64,000 bases of DNA from an uncultured Actinomycetes bacterium (GTDB lineage: Bacteria > Actinomycetota > Thermoleophilia > Gaiellales > JAICJC01): assembly GCA_963718315.1 (NCBI GenBank), contig CAVQZC010000003.1, positions 151,748 through 215,747 on the forward strand, written 5' to 3'. Numbering within the stretch: the first letter of the stretch is position 1; each line of letters opens with the position of its first letter. The notes beneath the pieces are model-generated. The model worked only from the letters and a program-made list of their open reading frames with translations. It had not been told where the DNA came from and made no database searches. Both the position numbers and the translations under genes were made by a program. This document shows, one piece after another, positions 41,189-50,373 of this stretch.

Positions 41189-41884
41189 TCATGTCAGACG
41201 CGCGACGACGGCGCCGCCCGAATCGACCGACACGGCGGTCGGGACGACCCCGATTCCGTACTTGCGCGCCAGGTCGGGGCGGGCCTTGACGTCGACCGTG
41301 ATCACGGTCCTGCCCTGCTCGCGGAACGTCCGCTCGAGGGCATGGCAGTCCGAGCAGAGCGGGTGCGTGAACTCGACCACGGCGTCTGCGATGAGCGGCT
41401 CGGTGAGGTCGCCGGGGTCGATCGACCGTAGGTCGCGGTGGCCGATTCCGCGCAGGCGTGCGGCCAACCGGTACATCTCGCAGCCGGTGCAGAACCCGGT
41501 CGCGGCTGCCAGCAGCGCGAGGGCGGCAACCAGCGAGCCGAGCACCGCTCCCAGCAGCGCGAAGCCGGCCAGGTAGGCGATCGAGGCGGCGGTGAGCACG
41601 ACCAGCCCGATGACGTTGGCGGCACGTGGCGGGCGGGAGTCCTCGAGCGGCCCCTCACCGAAGCGCGGCTGAATCAGCTCGAAGTAGGCGACGCAGGAGA
41701 GGCACCAGCGGCGGCCGAACCGCAGGCCCAGAGCCAGCTGCAGCGCCAGCAGCGCGAGCAGCGGCCAGAACCCCGTGACCACCGCGATCAGCGCGCCAAC
41801 GCCGATCACCGTCTGGTTGGCACGCGGAGCGCGGGCGTCGATGACGTCCAGGTCGCGGTATGGGTCGGCAGTTCGTACGGCCAT
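41189..41884 (-). CDS. DUF4395-like membrane domain fused to a thioredoxin/glutaredoxin-like CxxC domain
   Basis: Start MAVRTADPYRDLDV at ATG 41884. TM segments carry CLSC and CTGC pairs. C-terminal VVEFTHPLCSDCHALE...GVVPTAV resembles a Trx fold. Confidence 0.6.
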   Translation of the reverse strand: MAVRTADPYRDLDVIDARAPRANQTVIGVGALIAVVTGFWPLLALLALQLALGLRFGRRWCLSCVAYFELIQPRFGEGPLEDSRPPRAANVIGLVVLTAASIAYLAGFALLGAVLGSLVAALALLAAATGFCTGCEMYRLAARLRGIGHRDLRSIDPGDLTEPLIADAVVEFTHPLCSDCHALERTFREQGRTVITVDVKARPDLARKYGIGVVPTAVSVDSGGAVVARLT

Positions 41885-41925
41885 GAGTTTGGATCCAAAG
41901 TCTAGCGGTGCGGCGGGAGCCTTGG

Positions 41926-43680
41926 CTAGACGGCGAGGGCGTCGCGCTCGACCAGCGCGGCATAGCGGCCGCCCTGCGCAACCAGCTCCTCGTGAGTGCC
42001 GCGCTCCACGATCCGGCCGTGGTCGAGCACCAGGATCAGGTCGGAGTCGCGGACGGTCGAGAGCCGGTGGGCGATGGTCAGGGTCGTGCGTCCGACACTG
42101 AGGCGGTCGAGTGCCTCCTGGACGGCGCGCTCGGTCTCGACGTCGAGCGCGCTCGTGGCCTCGTCGAGCACCAGCACGGGCGGGTCGCGGAGGATCGCGC
42201 GGGCGATTGCAATCCGCTGCTTCTCGCCGCCCGAGAATCGGTAACCTCGCTCGCCGACCACCGTGTCGTAGCCGTCCGGTAGCGAACTGAGGTGATCGTG
42301 GATGCGTGCGGCTCGTGCGGCGTCCTCGAGCTCGTCGTCGGTGGCGTCCGGTCGCGCGAATCGCAGGTTGTCGCGAACGGTGCCGTGGAACAGGTAGGTC
42401 TCCTGCGACACGACGCCGACCGTCCGCCGCAGCGACGCGAAGCTGAGGTCGCGCACGTCGACGCCGTCGATGGTGACGCGGCCTTCGTTGACGTCGTAGA
42501 GGCGGGCCAGCAGATAGCCCATCGTGGTCTTGCCGCTGCCGGTCTCGCCGACCACCGCGACGCTGCTGCCAGGGTCCATCTCGAAGCAGATGTCCTGAAG
42601 GGTCTGCGCGCCGTTCTCGTCGTAGCGGAAGGCGACGTTCTCGAAGGCGACGTCGCCGCGCACCGTGTGCAGGTCGAGCTCGACGGGATGCTCGGCCTCG
42701 GTGATCTCGACCGGCAGGTCGAGGTACTCGAACACGCGGTCGAACAGCGCCATCGAGGTCTGCACGTCGGCCTGCACGCTGAGTAGCGAGCCGATCGGGA
42801 ACAGCAGGCGCGTCTGCAGCGTGGTGAAGGCGACCAGGGTGCCGATCGACACCACGCTGGTGCCCTGGGCCATGCCCCAGCCGGCGATGCCGTACATCAG
42901 CGCCGGCATGATCGCGAACGTCGCCTGCACGGTGGCCATCGCCCAGCGGCCGGCCATCCGCTGGCGCAGCTCCAGGCCGGCCAGCTGCCTGGATTCGTTG
43001 CGGAAACGGTGCGTCAGCTCCCCGGACTGGCCCATCGTCTTGCCGAGCATCACGCCCGACACCGACAGCGACTCCTCGACCAGCGAGGAGATGTCGGCCA
43101 GCGAGCTCTGCATGGTCGCCGCCAGTGCGCGGCGGACGCGGCCCACACGGCGCGTCATCCAGACGAACAGCGGCAGGATCGCGAAGGAGGCAATGGTCAG
43201 TCTCCAGTCCAGGATCGTCATCGCCACCGTCGTCGCGATCACGGTGGTGGCGTTGGAGACGATCGAGGTGGCGGTGGTCGTGACGACCGTCTGCACGCCC
43301 CCGATGTCGTTCGAGATCCGCGACTGCACCTCGCCGGTGCGGGTGCGCGTGAAGAACGCCAGCGACAGCCGCTGTAGGTGCGTGTAGACCGCCACCCGGA
43401 GGTCGTGCATGACCTCCTGGCCGACCCCGTTGGACTGCCAGGTCTGGGCGACTCCGATGGCGCCGGTGATGATCGGGATCACCACCATGCCCCCGACCAG
43501 CAACGCCAGCGTGTGCGTGTTCAGGTTCTTGCCCTGCGACAGCACGTTGTCCAGCAGGTCGCGGAGCAGGAACGGGGAGATCGTCGAGATCCCCGCCGAG
43601 ATCGCGATCATGGCGAGCAGCCAGGCCAGCCGCCACCGGTACGGCCAGAACAGGGCCATGATCCGCCGCCGCTGGATCAT
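41926..43680 (-). CDS. ABC exporter, fused permease + ATPase (MsbA/MdlB-like)
   Basis: Start MIQRRRIMALFWPYRW. Six-TM domain followed by GETGSGKTT, LSGGEKQR and VLVLDEATSALD. ATGA overlap with the marR stop. Confidence 0.9.
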   Translation of the reverse strand: MIQRRRIMALFWPYRWRLAWLLAMIAISAGISTISPFLLRDLLDNVLSQGKNLNTHTLALLVGGMVVIPIITGAIGVAQTWQSNGVGQEVMHDLRVAVYTHLQRLSLAFFTRTRTGEVQSRISNDIGGVQTVVTTTATSIVSNATTVIATTVAMTILDWRLTIASFAILPLFVWMTRRVGRVRRALAATMQSSLADISSLVEESLSVSGVMLGKTMGQSGELTHRFRNESRQLAGLELRQRMAGRWAMATVQATFAIMPALMYGIAGWGMAQGTSVVSIGTLVAFTTLQTRLLFPIGSLLSVQADVQTSMALFDRVFEYLDLPVEITEAEHPVELDLHTVRGDVAFENVAFRYDENGAQTLQDICFEMDPGSSVAVVGETGSGKTTMGYLLARLYDVNEGRVTIDGVDVRDLSFASLRRTVGVVSQETYLFHGTVRDNLRFARPDATDDELEDAARAARIHDHLSSLPDGYDTVVGERGYRFSGGEKQRIAIARAILRDPPVLVLDEATSALDVETERAVQEALDRLSVGRTTLTIAHRLSTVRDSDLILVLDHGRIVERGTHEELVAQGGRYAALVERDALAV

Positions 43681-44090
43681 CCGTCCATCGCGCGCTCGAG
43701 GATGTCGCGCAGGCGCCGCTGGTCGGTCTCGGACAATCGCTGGATCGGCTCGGGCGCCTCGGCCAGCCGCTCCAGCAGCTGGCTGCGCAGGACGACGCCG
43801 GACTCGGTGACCACCAGCATCTTCAGCCGCCGGTCCTTGGGGGAGGCCTGACGGGCCACCAGGCCGCGCTCTTCGAGGCGGTCGACGATGCCGGTCACGT
43901 TGGAGGCGTCGCAGCAGAGACGGGTGGCGACGGTGCGCATCGACAGCGGCGAGCCGGGCTCGAGCAGGCGCAGGACGGTCACCTGCATGGGGGAGAGCTC
44001 GAACTCGGCAGCCACCTGCGGGACGCGCCCGCGCTGCGTGACATAGAGGCGGAAGAGCAGGCTCCACGCCTCGTTACCGGGATTACTCAT
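43677..44090 (-). CDS. MarR-family transcriptional regulator
   Basis: ATG 44090 (MSNPGNEAWSLL...). Winged HTH ...LSPMQVTVLRLL...DRLEERGLV...DRR. Confidence 0.85.
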   Translation of the reverse strand: MSNPGNEAWSLLFRLYVTQRGRVPQVAAEFELSPMQVTVLRLLEPGSPLSMRTVATRLCCDASNVTGIVDRLEERGLVARQASPKDRRLKMLVVTESGVVLRSQLLERLAEAPEPIQRLSETDQRRLRDILERAMDG

Positions 44091-44096
44091 GCGACC

Positions 44097-44147
44097 ATAA
44101 TAGTCGAAGCTCACGATGGTTGACAACCTCAAGGGTTGTGCTACCGT
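44097..44147. promoter_or_regulatory. Divergent marR/lon promoters with palindrome ACAACC-N5-GGTTGT
   Basis: Plus strand: TTGACA (44120-25), 16 nt, TACCGT (44142-47), 7 nt, lon ATG 44155. Minus strand: TATTAT (44097-44102), 6 nt, marR ATG 44090. Inverted repeat 44123-28 / 44134-39 sits in the lon spacer. Confidence 0.4.
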
Positions 44148-44154
44148 CCAGATC

Positions 44155-46437
44155 ATGAACAGCTACCTCTTGATCCCACTGGAAGACAGCGTTGTCTTCC
44201 CAAATATGAACGTCACCCTGCCCGTGGACGTCGGTGACGAGGAGCGCGTGCTGCTGGTGCCGACCCACGACAACGAGTACGCCAAGGTAGGCGTGATCGC
44301 AGAGGTCGTGGAGCGGGCCCGCCTGCCGCGCGGAGTCCACGCCGTTTCCCTGAACGCCCTCCATCGAGCCGTGCTGGGCGCTGCCGAGACCGATCCGTCG
44401 GGCCGGCTGCGCATGCAGGTCGAGGAGCTGGAGGACGAGACCCCGCCGCCGGTCAAGACACGCGAGCTCGAGCGTGAGTACCGCGCCATCATCGAGGAGA
44501 AGCTCGAGCTGCGCGGCGACGACGGCCGTGTTGCGGCTTTCCTGCGCTCGATCACCGATCCGGCCGCCCTGGCCGACAGCTGCGGCTATTCGCCTGATGT
44601 CAGCTTTGAGAACAAGGTGCAGCTGCTGGAGACCCTCGACGTGGTCGAGCGGCTGCAGCTGGCTGTCGAGCTGCAGCGGGGGGCACTGGCCGAGGCTCAG
44701 GTACGCCGCCGCATCCGCGACGACGTCGAGTCGGGTGCACAGCAGCAGCAGCGCGAGTACTTCCTCCGCAAGCAGATGGACTCGATCCGCAAGGAGCTCG
44801 GCGAGGACGACGCATCGATCGTCGACGAGTACCGCCAGAAGATCGAGGACGCCGGCATGCCGGACGCCGTCCGCGAGCAGGCCGAGCGCGAGCTGGCCCG
44901 GCTGGAGCGGATGGGCGACTCCTCCGGTGAGTCGTCGATGATCCGCACGTACCTCGACTGGCTGGTCGGGGTGCCGTGGTCAAAGCGCAGCGAGGAGCGG
45001 CTCGATCCCGTCTACGCCCGTGAGGTGCTGGACGCCGATCACGCCGGACTCGAGGACGTCAAGGACCGGATCACCGAGTACCTGGCCGTCCGCAAGCTGC
45101 GGCAGGACCGGGGCATCACCGAGGACAAGCGCTCCGGCGCCATCCTCACCCTGATCGGGCCTCCGGGTACCGGCAAGACCTCGATCGGCGAGTCGATCGC
45201 CCGCGCGACCGACCGCGAGTTCGTTCGCATGTCGCTGGGCGGCGTGCGCGACGAGGCGGAGATCCGCGGCCATCGGCGGACCTACATCGGCGCTCTGCCG
45301 GGTCGCCTGGTGCGTGCCCTGCGTGATGCCGACACGATGAACCCCGTGATCATGCTGGACGAGGTCGACAAGGTCGGCGCCGACTGGCGAGGCGACCCTT
45401 CGGCCGCCCTGCTCGAGGTGCTCGACCCGGCCCAGAACCACAGCTTCCGCGACCACTACCTGGACGTGGAGGTCGACCTGTCCGACGTCCTGTTCATCGC
45501 GACGGCGAACGTTGCCGACACGATCCCCGGGCCGCTGCTCGACCGCATGGAGGTGATCCGTTTCGACGGGTACACCACCGACGAGAAGGTCGCCATCGCC
45601 CGCGGCTACCTGTGGCCGCGGCAGGTGGAGCGCAACGGACTGCTGGCCGACGAGGTCACGGTGTCCGACGACGTGCTCCGCACGGTGGTCACTGAATACA
45701 CGCGCGAGGCGGGCGTACGCCAGCTCGAGCGCGAGCTGGGCAGGCTGCTCCGCAAGACAGCGACGCAGATCGCGTCCGGCAAGGCAACAGCACCGGTCGA
45801 GGTTGACCAGGAGCTGATGCGCGACGCCCTCGGGAAGCAGAAGTTCTTCCAGGAGGCGGCGATCCGGACGGCGGTTCCCGGCGTGGCAACTGGCCTGGCA
45901 GTCACCGGGACGGGCGGCGACGTGCTGTTCGTCGAGGCGACCGAGGTGCCTGGTGCACACGACCTGGAGCTGACCGGTCAGCTGGGTGACGTGATGAAGG
46001 AGTCGGCGAAGATCGCTCTCTCCTACGTCCGCGGCCACACCGGCGAGCTGGGCATCGACTCGCACGCGTTCGACGACCGTGGATTCCACATCCACGTCCC
46101 GGCCGGGGCGATCCCCAAGGACGGGCCGAGCGCAGGCGTGACGATGGTGACCGCGCTGGCGTCACTGCTGACGCACCGCAAGGTCAAGCACACGGTCGGG
46201 ATGACCGGCGAGGTCACCCTGCAGGGCCGGGTGCTGCCGATCGGCGGCCTCAAGCAGAAGGTGCTGGCGGCGCACGCAGCAGGACTGACCGACGTCATCC
46301 TGCCGGAGCGCAACCGCGCCGACCTGGAGGACGTGCCGGAGGACGTTCGCGAGGCGATGACGTTCCACCCGGTGATGACGATCGACGAGGTGCTGGCCGT
46401 GGCCCTGGAGCCCGCCGCCACCCCGATCTCCGCCTGA
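44155..46437 (+). CDS. lon: ATP-dependent Lon protease
   Basis: MNSYLLIPLEDSVVFP (LON N-domain), GPPGTGKTS, and the PKDGPSAG catalytic serine context. Alternative ATG at 44116. Confidence 0.93.
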   Translation: MNSYLLIPLEDSVVFPNMNVTLPVDVGDEERVLLVPTHDNEYAKVGVIAEVVERARLPRGVHAVSLNALHRAVLGAAETDPSGRLRMQVEELEDETPPPVKTRELEREYRAIIEEKLELRGDDGRVAAFLRSITDPAALADSCGYSPDVSFENKVQLLETLDVVERLQLAVELQRGALAEAQVRRRIRDDVESGAQQQQREYFLRKQMDSIRKELGEDDASIVDEYRQKIEDAGMPDAVREQAERELARLERMGDSSGESSMIRTYLDWLVGVPWSKRSEERLDPVYAREVLDADHAGLEDVKDRITEYLAVRKLRQDRGITEDKRSGAILTLIGPPGTGKTSIGESIARATDREFVRMSLGGVRDEAEIRGHRRTYIGALPGRLVRALRDADTMNPVIMLDEVDKVGADWRGDPSAALLEVLDPAQNHSFRDHYLDVEVDLSDVLFIATANVADTIPGPLLDRMEVIRFDGYTTDEKVAIARGYLWPRQVERNGLLADEVTVSDDVLRTVVTEYTREAGVRQLERELGRLLRKTATQIASGKATAPVEVDQELMRDALGKQKFFQEAAIRTAVPGVATGLAVTGTGGDVLFVEATEVPGAHDLELTGQLGDVMKESAKIALSYVRGHTGELGIDSHAFDDRGFHIHVPAGAIPKDGPSAGVTMVTALASLLTHRKVKHTVGMTGEVTLQGRVLPIGGLKQKVLAAHAAGLTDVILPERNRADLEDVPEDVREAMTFHPVMTIDEVLAVALEPAATPISA

Positions 46438-46453
46438 TCGACTGCCGAGCATT

Positions 46454-46483
46454 GCCCGGCGCCCACCCTCGCGGGCGCCGGGC
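46454..46483 (+). terminator. GC-rich hairpin after lon (candidate terminator, no T-tract)
   Basis: GCCCGGCGCCC (46454-64) pairs with GGGCGCCGGGC (46473-83), starting 17 nt after the lon stop. Confidence 0.45.
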
Positions 46484-46607
46484 GATCGGCTGAGCGCGCG
46501 ACTGGCCGCGTGCCGGCTCAGTCGTCACGCTCATTTGGCCTCAGGGATCTTGTGTTCGTGCCGATGGGGCTTGTGAACCGCCGCCCCGTCCGCTACGTAT
46601 TCGCCTC

Positions 46608-47336
46608 ATGCCCAGACCGCGCCTTGCGATCATCGCGATCGTCTTCACCTGGATCCCGGTCGGGCTGTATCTCGACTCCATCTCCTCGATCTGGCCGCAG
46701 CGCGCGCTGGGCGTGCTCACCTGGGCGCTGCTGATCGCGCTCCTGCGGGGCGAGAGCCGCTCCGTGCGGATCCAGGTCGTCGCCGTCGTGGCCGCGGCGA
46801 CCTGCCTCGAGTACACCGCCTCCCCGCTGCTCCACCTGTACACCTACCGGCTGCACAACGTGCCGACGTTTGTGCCTCCCGGACACGGGCTGGTGTACCT
46901 GGCCGCGCTCCACATCGCCGCGCAGGCGAACACCCGCGCGAGCGTTGCACGGGTGCTGCCGCGGATGGTGCTGGTCGCCGGCGGCCTGTGGGCGTTCTGG
47001 GGCGTCTTCCTGTCGTCCCGCCCTGACACCGGTGGGGCGCTGCTCTACCTGGTGCTGGTCGGCTTCCTGCTGCGGGGGCGCTCGCCGCTGGTCTACAGCG
47101 GCGCGTTCATCGTGACGACGGCGCTGGAGCTGATCGGCACGTCGCTGGGCAACTGGGCGTGGGCGCCCTACGACTTCCTGCACATCACGACGCTTGGCAA
47201 CCCGCCCAGCGGCATCGCCGGCGGCTACTGCGTGCTGGACATGATCGGGATGGCCGTCGCCATGCGCCTGGCCGCGCGGTCGGCATCGCTCCCGGAGCCG
47301 GTGCCGTCAGTGGCCCCGGCCCCGGTAGCGGCGTAG
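46608..47336 (+). CDS. Hypothetical integral membrane protein
   Basis: 242-aa multi-TM ORF. I recognise no family. Confidence 0.55.
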   Translation: MPRPRLAIIAIVFTWIPVGLYLDSISSIWPQRALGVLTWALLIALLRGESRSVRIQVVAVVAAATCLEYTASPLLHLYTYRLHNVPTFVPPGHGLVYLAALHIAAQANTRASVARVLPRMVLVAGGLWAFWGVFLSSRPDTGGALLYLVLVGFLLRGRSPLVYSGAFIVTTALELIGTSLGNWAWAPYDFLHITTLGNPPSGIAGGYCVLDMIGMAVAMRLAARSASLPEPVPSVAPAPVAA

Positions 47337-47338
47337 CA

Positions 47339-47779
47339 CTAGGCGGCGGGCGCCTGTTCGACGTGGCGCTCGATGATCTCGCAGGCCTCTTCCAGGAAGC
47401 GGCGGATTGCGACCTGCTCATCGGCCGTGAACGAATCGACCAGGGTTCCGATGTCCCGGTTGGCCTGGCGCAGATCGCCGGCGATGACCCGGGCCGCGGA
47501 CGGCCGGGGCTCGACCACCACGCTGCGGCGGTCGGTCGTGCTGCGGCGCCGCTGAACGTACCCCTGTGCCTCCAGGCGGTCGATCAGCTTCGTTGCGGCA
47601 CCCGACGTGATCCCGAGCCGCTCGCCAAGCTGGCCGGCGGTCAGGCTTCCCCCGATGGCGAGCTGCTGCAGCGCGCCGTACTCGGTGCGGTTCACTCCTG
47701 ACCGCTGACGAGTCATCGAGGAGAGGTGCTGGATAGACGCGTAAAGCGACTGTACGAGCTGTGCGATTTCTACAGACAT
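47339..47779 (-). CDS. MarR-family transcriptional regulator
   Basis: 146 aa. ...LTAGQLGERLGITSGAATKLIDRLEAQGYVQR..DRR. GAGG Shine-Dalgarno upstream. Confidence 0.85.
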   Translation of the reverse strand: MSVEIAQLVQSLYASIQHLSSMTRQRSGVNRTEYGALQQLAIGGSLTAGQLGERLGITSGAATKLIDRLEAQGYVQRRRSTTDRRSVVVEPRPSAARVIAGDLRQANRDIGTLVDSFTADEQVAIRRFLEEACEIIERHVEQAPAA

Positions 47780-47878
47780 GCCATACCTCAGTACGGGGTG
47801 GGGAGTCGCAAGCCTACAGGCCGTACCACCCGTTTGTCATCTGTTCGTCATCCTGGATAAGAGAACGTGACAGCATCG

Positions 47879-48715
47879 TCATTCGTCGGGCCAGCGGTAG
47901 CTGAAGTAGAACTGGCGCCACGCCGTCCACCAATCGTCGGCCGTGCTGGCGATCGTGCGAGCGTCGACGATCTCCACGCTCGACGAGTGCCGAAGGTGCT
48001 CGTGGTGGTCCGAGGATCCCAGATCAACCTCGATCCGGCAGGGATGACCCGGGTCGTACGGCTCGACCGCCTTGAGGTTCCGGACCGCCTTCTCGGCCGC
48101 CTTCGCGATCATCCTGCGGGCGGTTTCGGGCGTCTTGTGGCGGGCGCTGAACCGGCCCAACCCCTGCTTCACGGGCACGGTGACCAGACCGGCGCCGAGC
48201 AGGGCGGCCGATTCCCGGCAGACCGCCTCGTCTCCGGTGACCATCAGTACCGGGCATCCCCAGGTGCCGCACAGCGCGGCGTTGATGCCGACCTCGCCCA
48301 CGGGGCGGCCGTTGAAGCGCACCTCGCGCCAGCCGGTTCCCGAGACCGTGTGGTTCATGACGCCGTCGGCGGTGCCGGCCATCGCATGCATGCCGACCAG
48401 CAGGGCGGCATCGCACCCCTGCTCGAGGATGCCGGTGTACTCCGTCCACTCGGATTGGACGACGAACTCGCAGTCGGGGTCGATCAGGTCGGGCAGCAGT
48501 GAGTTGAACTGGTAGCCGCTGCCGGCCCCATGGCAGTCCATGAGCACGATCTCGGTCGCCCCGGCCGATCGTGCGCCGCGCGCGGCCGCGTTCATCTCCT
48601 CGGTGTAGAGCACCGAGCCGGCGGCGTGCAGCGCGGTGCCTCCGTCGACCTGCGACCAGTTCGTAAGGCCGGCCACGCCCTCCATGTCACCGATCACGAA
48701 GACCCGCATGCTCAT
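47879..48715 (-). CDS. M55 family metallopeptidase (D-aminopeptidase DppA-like)
   Basis: MRVFVIGDMEGVAG..., HAMAG and NHT are typical of peptidase M55. Confidence 0.8.
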   Translation of the reverse strand: MSMRVFVIGDMEGVAGLTNWSQVDGGTALHAAGSVLYTEEMNAAARGARSAGATEIVLMDCHGAGSGYQFNSLLPDLIDPDCEFVVQSEWTEYTGILEQGCDAALLVGMHAMAGTADGVMNHTVSGTGWREVRFNGRPVGEVGINAALCGTWGCPVLMVTGDEAVCRESAALLGAGLVTVPVKQGLGRFSARHKTPETARRMIAKAAEKAVRNLKAVEPYDPGHPCRIEVDLGSSDHHEHLRHSSSVEIVDARTIASTADDWWTAWRQFYFSYRWPDE

Positions 48716-49122
48716 GCCCCCGCCGTCGCGAACTCGGTTGTGCAGTAGGCGCAGCGCGAGGCTGCCACCGGGATCTCACTCAGGCACTCGGGGCACGGCC
48801 GCGTCGTCGGCGGGCCGTCCTCGCCCGCACGCCTTGCCTTCAGGTGGTTGACGGGCTTGACGACGAAGAAGAAGATCGCCGCCGCGATGGACAGGAATGC
48901 GATCACCGCGTTGAGGAACGAGCCGTAGTAGAAGACGCTGCCGTTGATCGTGAACGTCAGCTGGCTGAAGTTCGGCTTGCCGCCGATCACGCCCAGGATC
49001 GGCGTGATGATGTCGCTGACGAACGCCGTGATGACCGCGCCGAACGCCACGCCCAGCACGACGGCGACGGCCAGGTCGATCACGTTGCCACGCAGGACGA
49101 AGGCCTTGAACTCGGAGAGCAC
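48712..49122 (-). CDS. mscL: Large-conductance mechanosensitive channel with a C-terminal zinc-ribbon-like tail
   Basis: MLSEFKAFVLRGNVIDLAVAVVLGVAFGAVITAFVSDIITP is the canonical MscL N-terminus. The tail carries CPEC...CAYC. Confidence 0.88.
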   Translation of the reverse strand: MLSEFKAFVLRGNVIDLAVAVVLGVAFGAVITAFVSDIITPILGVIGGKPNFSQLTFTINGSVFYYGSFLNAVIAFLSIAAAIFFFVVKPVNHLKARRAGEDGPPTTRPCPECLSEIPVAASRCAYCTTEFATAGA

Positions 49123-49216
49123 TGGCGACCTCCAGGTCGGGGGAACTCGGGTCCGAAGCGATGCTAGATCAGGCCTGGGTCTAGTGCAGAGACCCGGATG
49201 CGCGTACCTTTGTGTG

Positions 49217-49822
49217 ATGGGGTTGCGTCCTCCTACGCTCCGTGAGGAGCTTCTGGCTCTTGCCCGTCAAGACGCCGATCTGCGCGCCGAGCTGGCCCGC
49301 GACGGCCGCCTCTGGCAGGGATACGACCCACTCCTGCAGCGGGTGCACCACCGCAACGTCGCCCGCCTGGAAACGATCGTCGACGAGTACGGTTGGCCGG
49401 GCGAGGACGAGGTGGGCGAGGACGGCGCCGAGGCCGCGTGGCTGGTCGTCCACCACGCGATCTGCGACCCCGCGCTGCAGCGTCAGATGCTGCCGCTGCT
49501 GGTGCAGGCCGCCGACGAGGGGCGGATTCCGGCGTGGCAGCCGGCCGTGCTCCTGGACTGCATCCGGTATCACGAGGGGCGCCCGCAGGTCTACGGCAGC
49601 GCCTTCGACTGGGACCGTTCGGGCCGCATGAGCCCCTGGCGGATCGAGAACCGGGCCGAGGTGGACGTCCGTCGTGCGGCCGTGGGCCTGCCACCGCTCC
49701 GCGAGAGCACCCGGCGGGTGCGCGCGGCGACCGCAGCCGACCGTGTGTCGGCCCCCATCGACCTGGCCGAGCGCCGCGCCCAGAAGGAGCAGTTCGACCG
49801 CGCCCTCGGCTGGCGCACCTAA
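49217..49822 (+). CDS. Hypothetical protein
   Basis: ATG 49217 is preceded by TACCTT + 6 nt (leaderless-type). 201 aa of ordinary composition. I recognise no family with confidence. Confidence 0.55.
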   Translation: MGLRPPTLREELLALARQDADLRAELARDGRLWQGYDPLLQRVHHRNVARLETIVDEYGWPGEDEVGEDGAEAAWLVVHHAICDPALQRQMLPLLVQAADEGRIPAWQPAVLLDCIRYHEGRPQVYGSAFDWDRSGRMSPWRIENRAEVDVRRAAVGLPPLRESTRRVRAATAADRVSAPIDLAERRAQKEQFDRALGWRT

Positions 49823-49840
49823 CGCCAGCGTCAGGGCTTC

Positions 49841-50347
49841 CTAGTCCAGGAAGGTCACGAGCTGGTCGACCGGCGCCCTCGGCGGCGGTTCCCAGTCGCG
49901 GGCGGCCGTGCCCAGGTGGAGCAGCCCCAGCACCCGCTCGCCGTCGGCGATCTGCACCGCCCGCCGGCCGGCATCGGTGCGGAGCACGCCAGGTGTGCGC
50001 CAGTAGGTCGCGATCCCGCGGGCGTGGGCGGCCAGCATGACGATGTAGACGGCGCAGGCGCCGGACAGCAGATCCTCCTCGGCCTGCTGGGGATCCTCGT
50101 CGGTGGTGACCGAGCAGGCAACGAGCGTCGGTGCCCGGTCGAGCTTGGCGGCGCCGTCGGGGTCGGCTGCCTTCAGCCGCGCCAGCGCTTCAGTCCCGAG
50201 CACCCGGAACCGCCACGGGTTCGTCACGTGGTGGTTCGGCGCCCAGCGGCCGAGCTCGAGCAGCTCCTCGAGCACAGGCCGCGGTACCGGTTCCGGTCGG
50301 TAGAGCTTGTGCGTGCGCCGTGTCCGGATCGCGTCATCGACGTTCAT
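49841..50347 (-). CDS. Nitroreductase family protein
   Basis: 168 aa. RRTHKLYRPEPVP...WAPNHHVTNPWRF is typical of the nitroreductase fold. Confidence 0.8.
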   Translation of the reverse strand: MNVDDAIRTRRTHKLYRPEPVPRPVLEELLELGRWAPNHHVTNPWRFRVLGTEALARLKAADPDGAAKLDRAPTLVACSVTTDEDPQQAEEDLLSGACAVYIVMLAAHARGIATYWRTPGVLRTDAGRRAVQIADGERVLGLLHLGTAARDWEPPPRAPVDQLVTFLD

Positions 50348-50373
50348 CGTCCGACAGGCTACACTCGCCCGCG

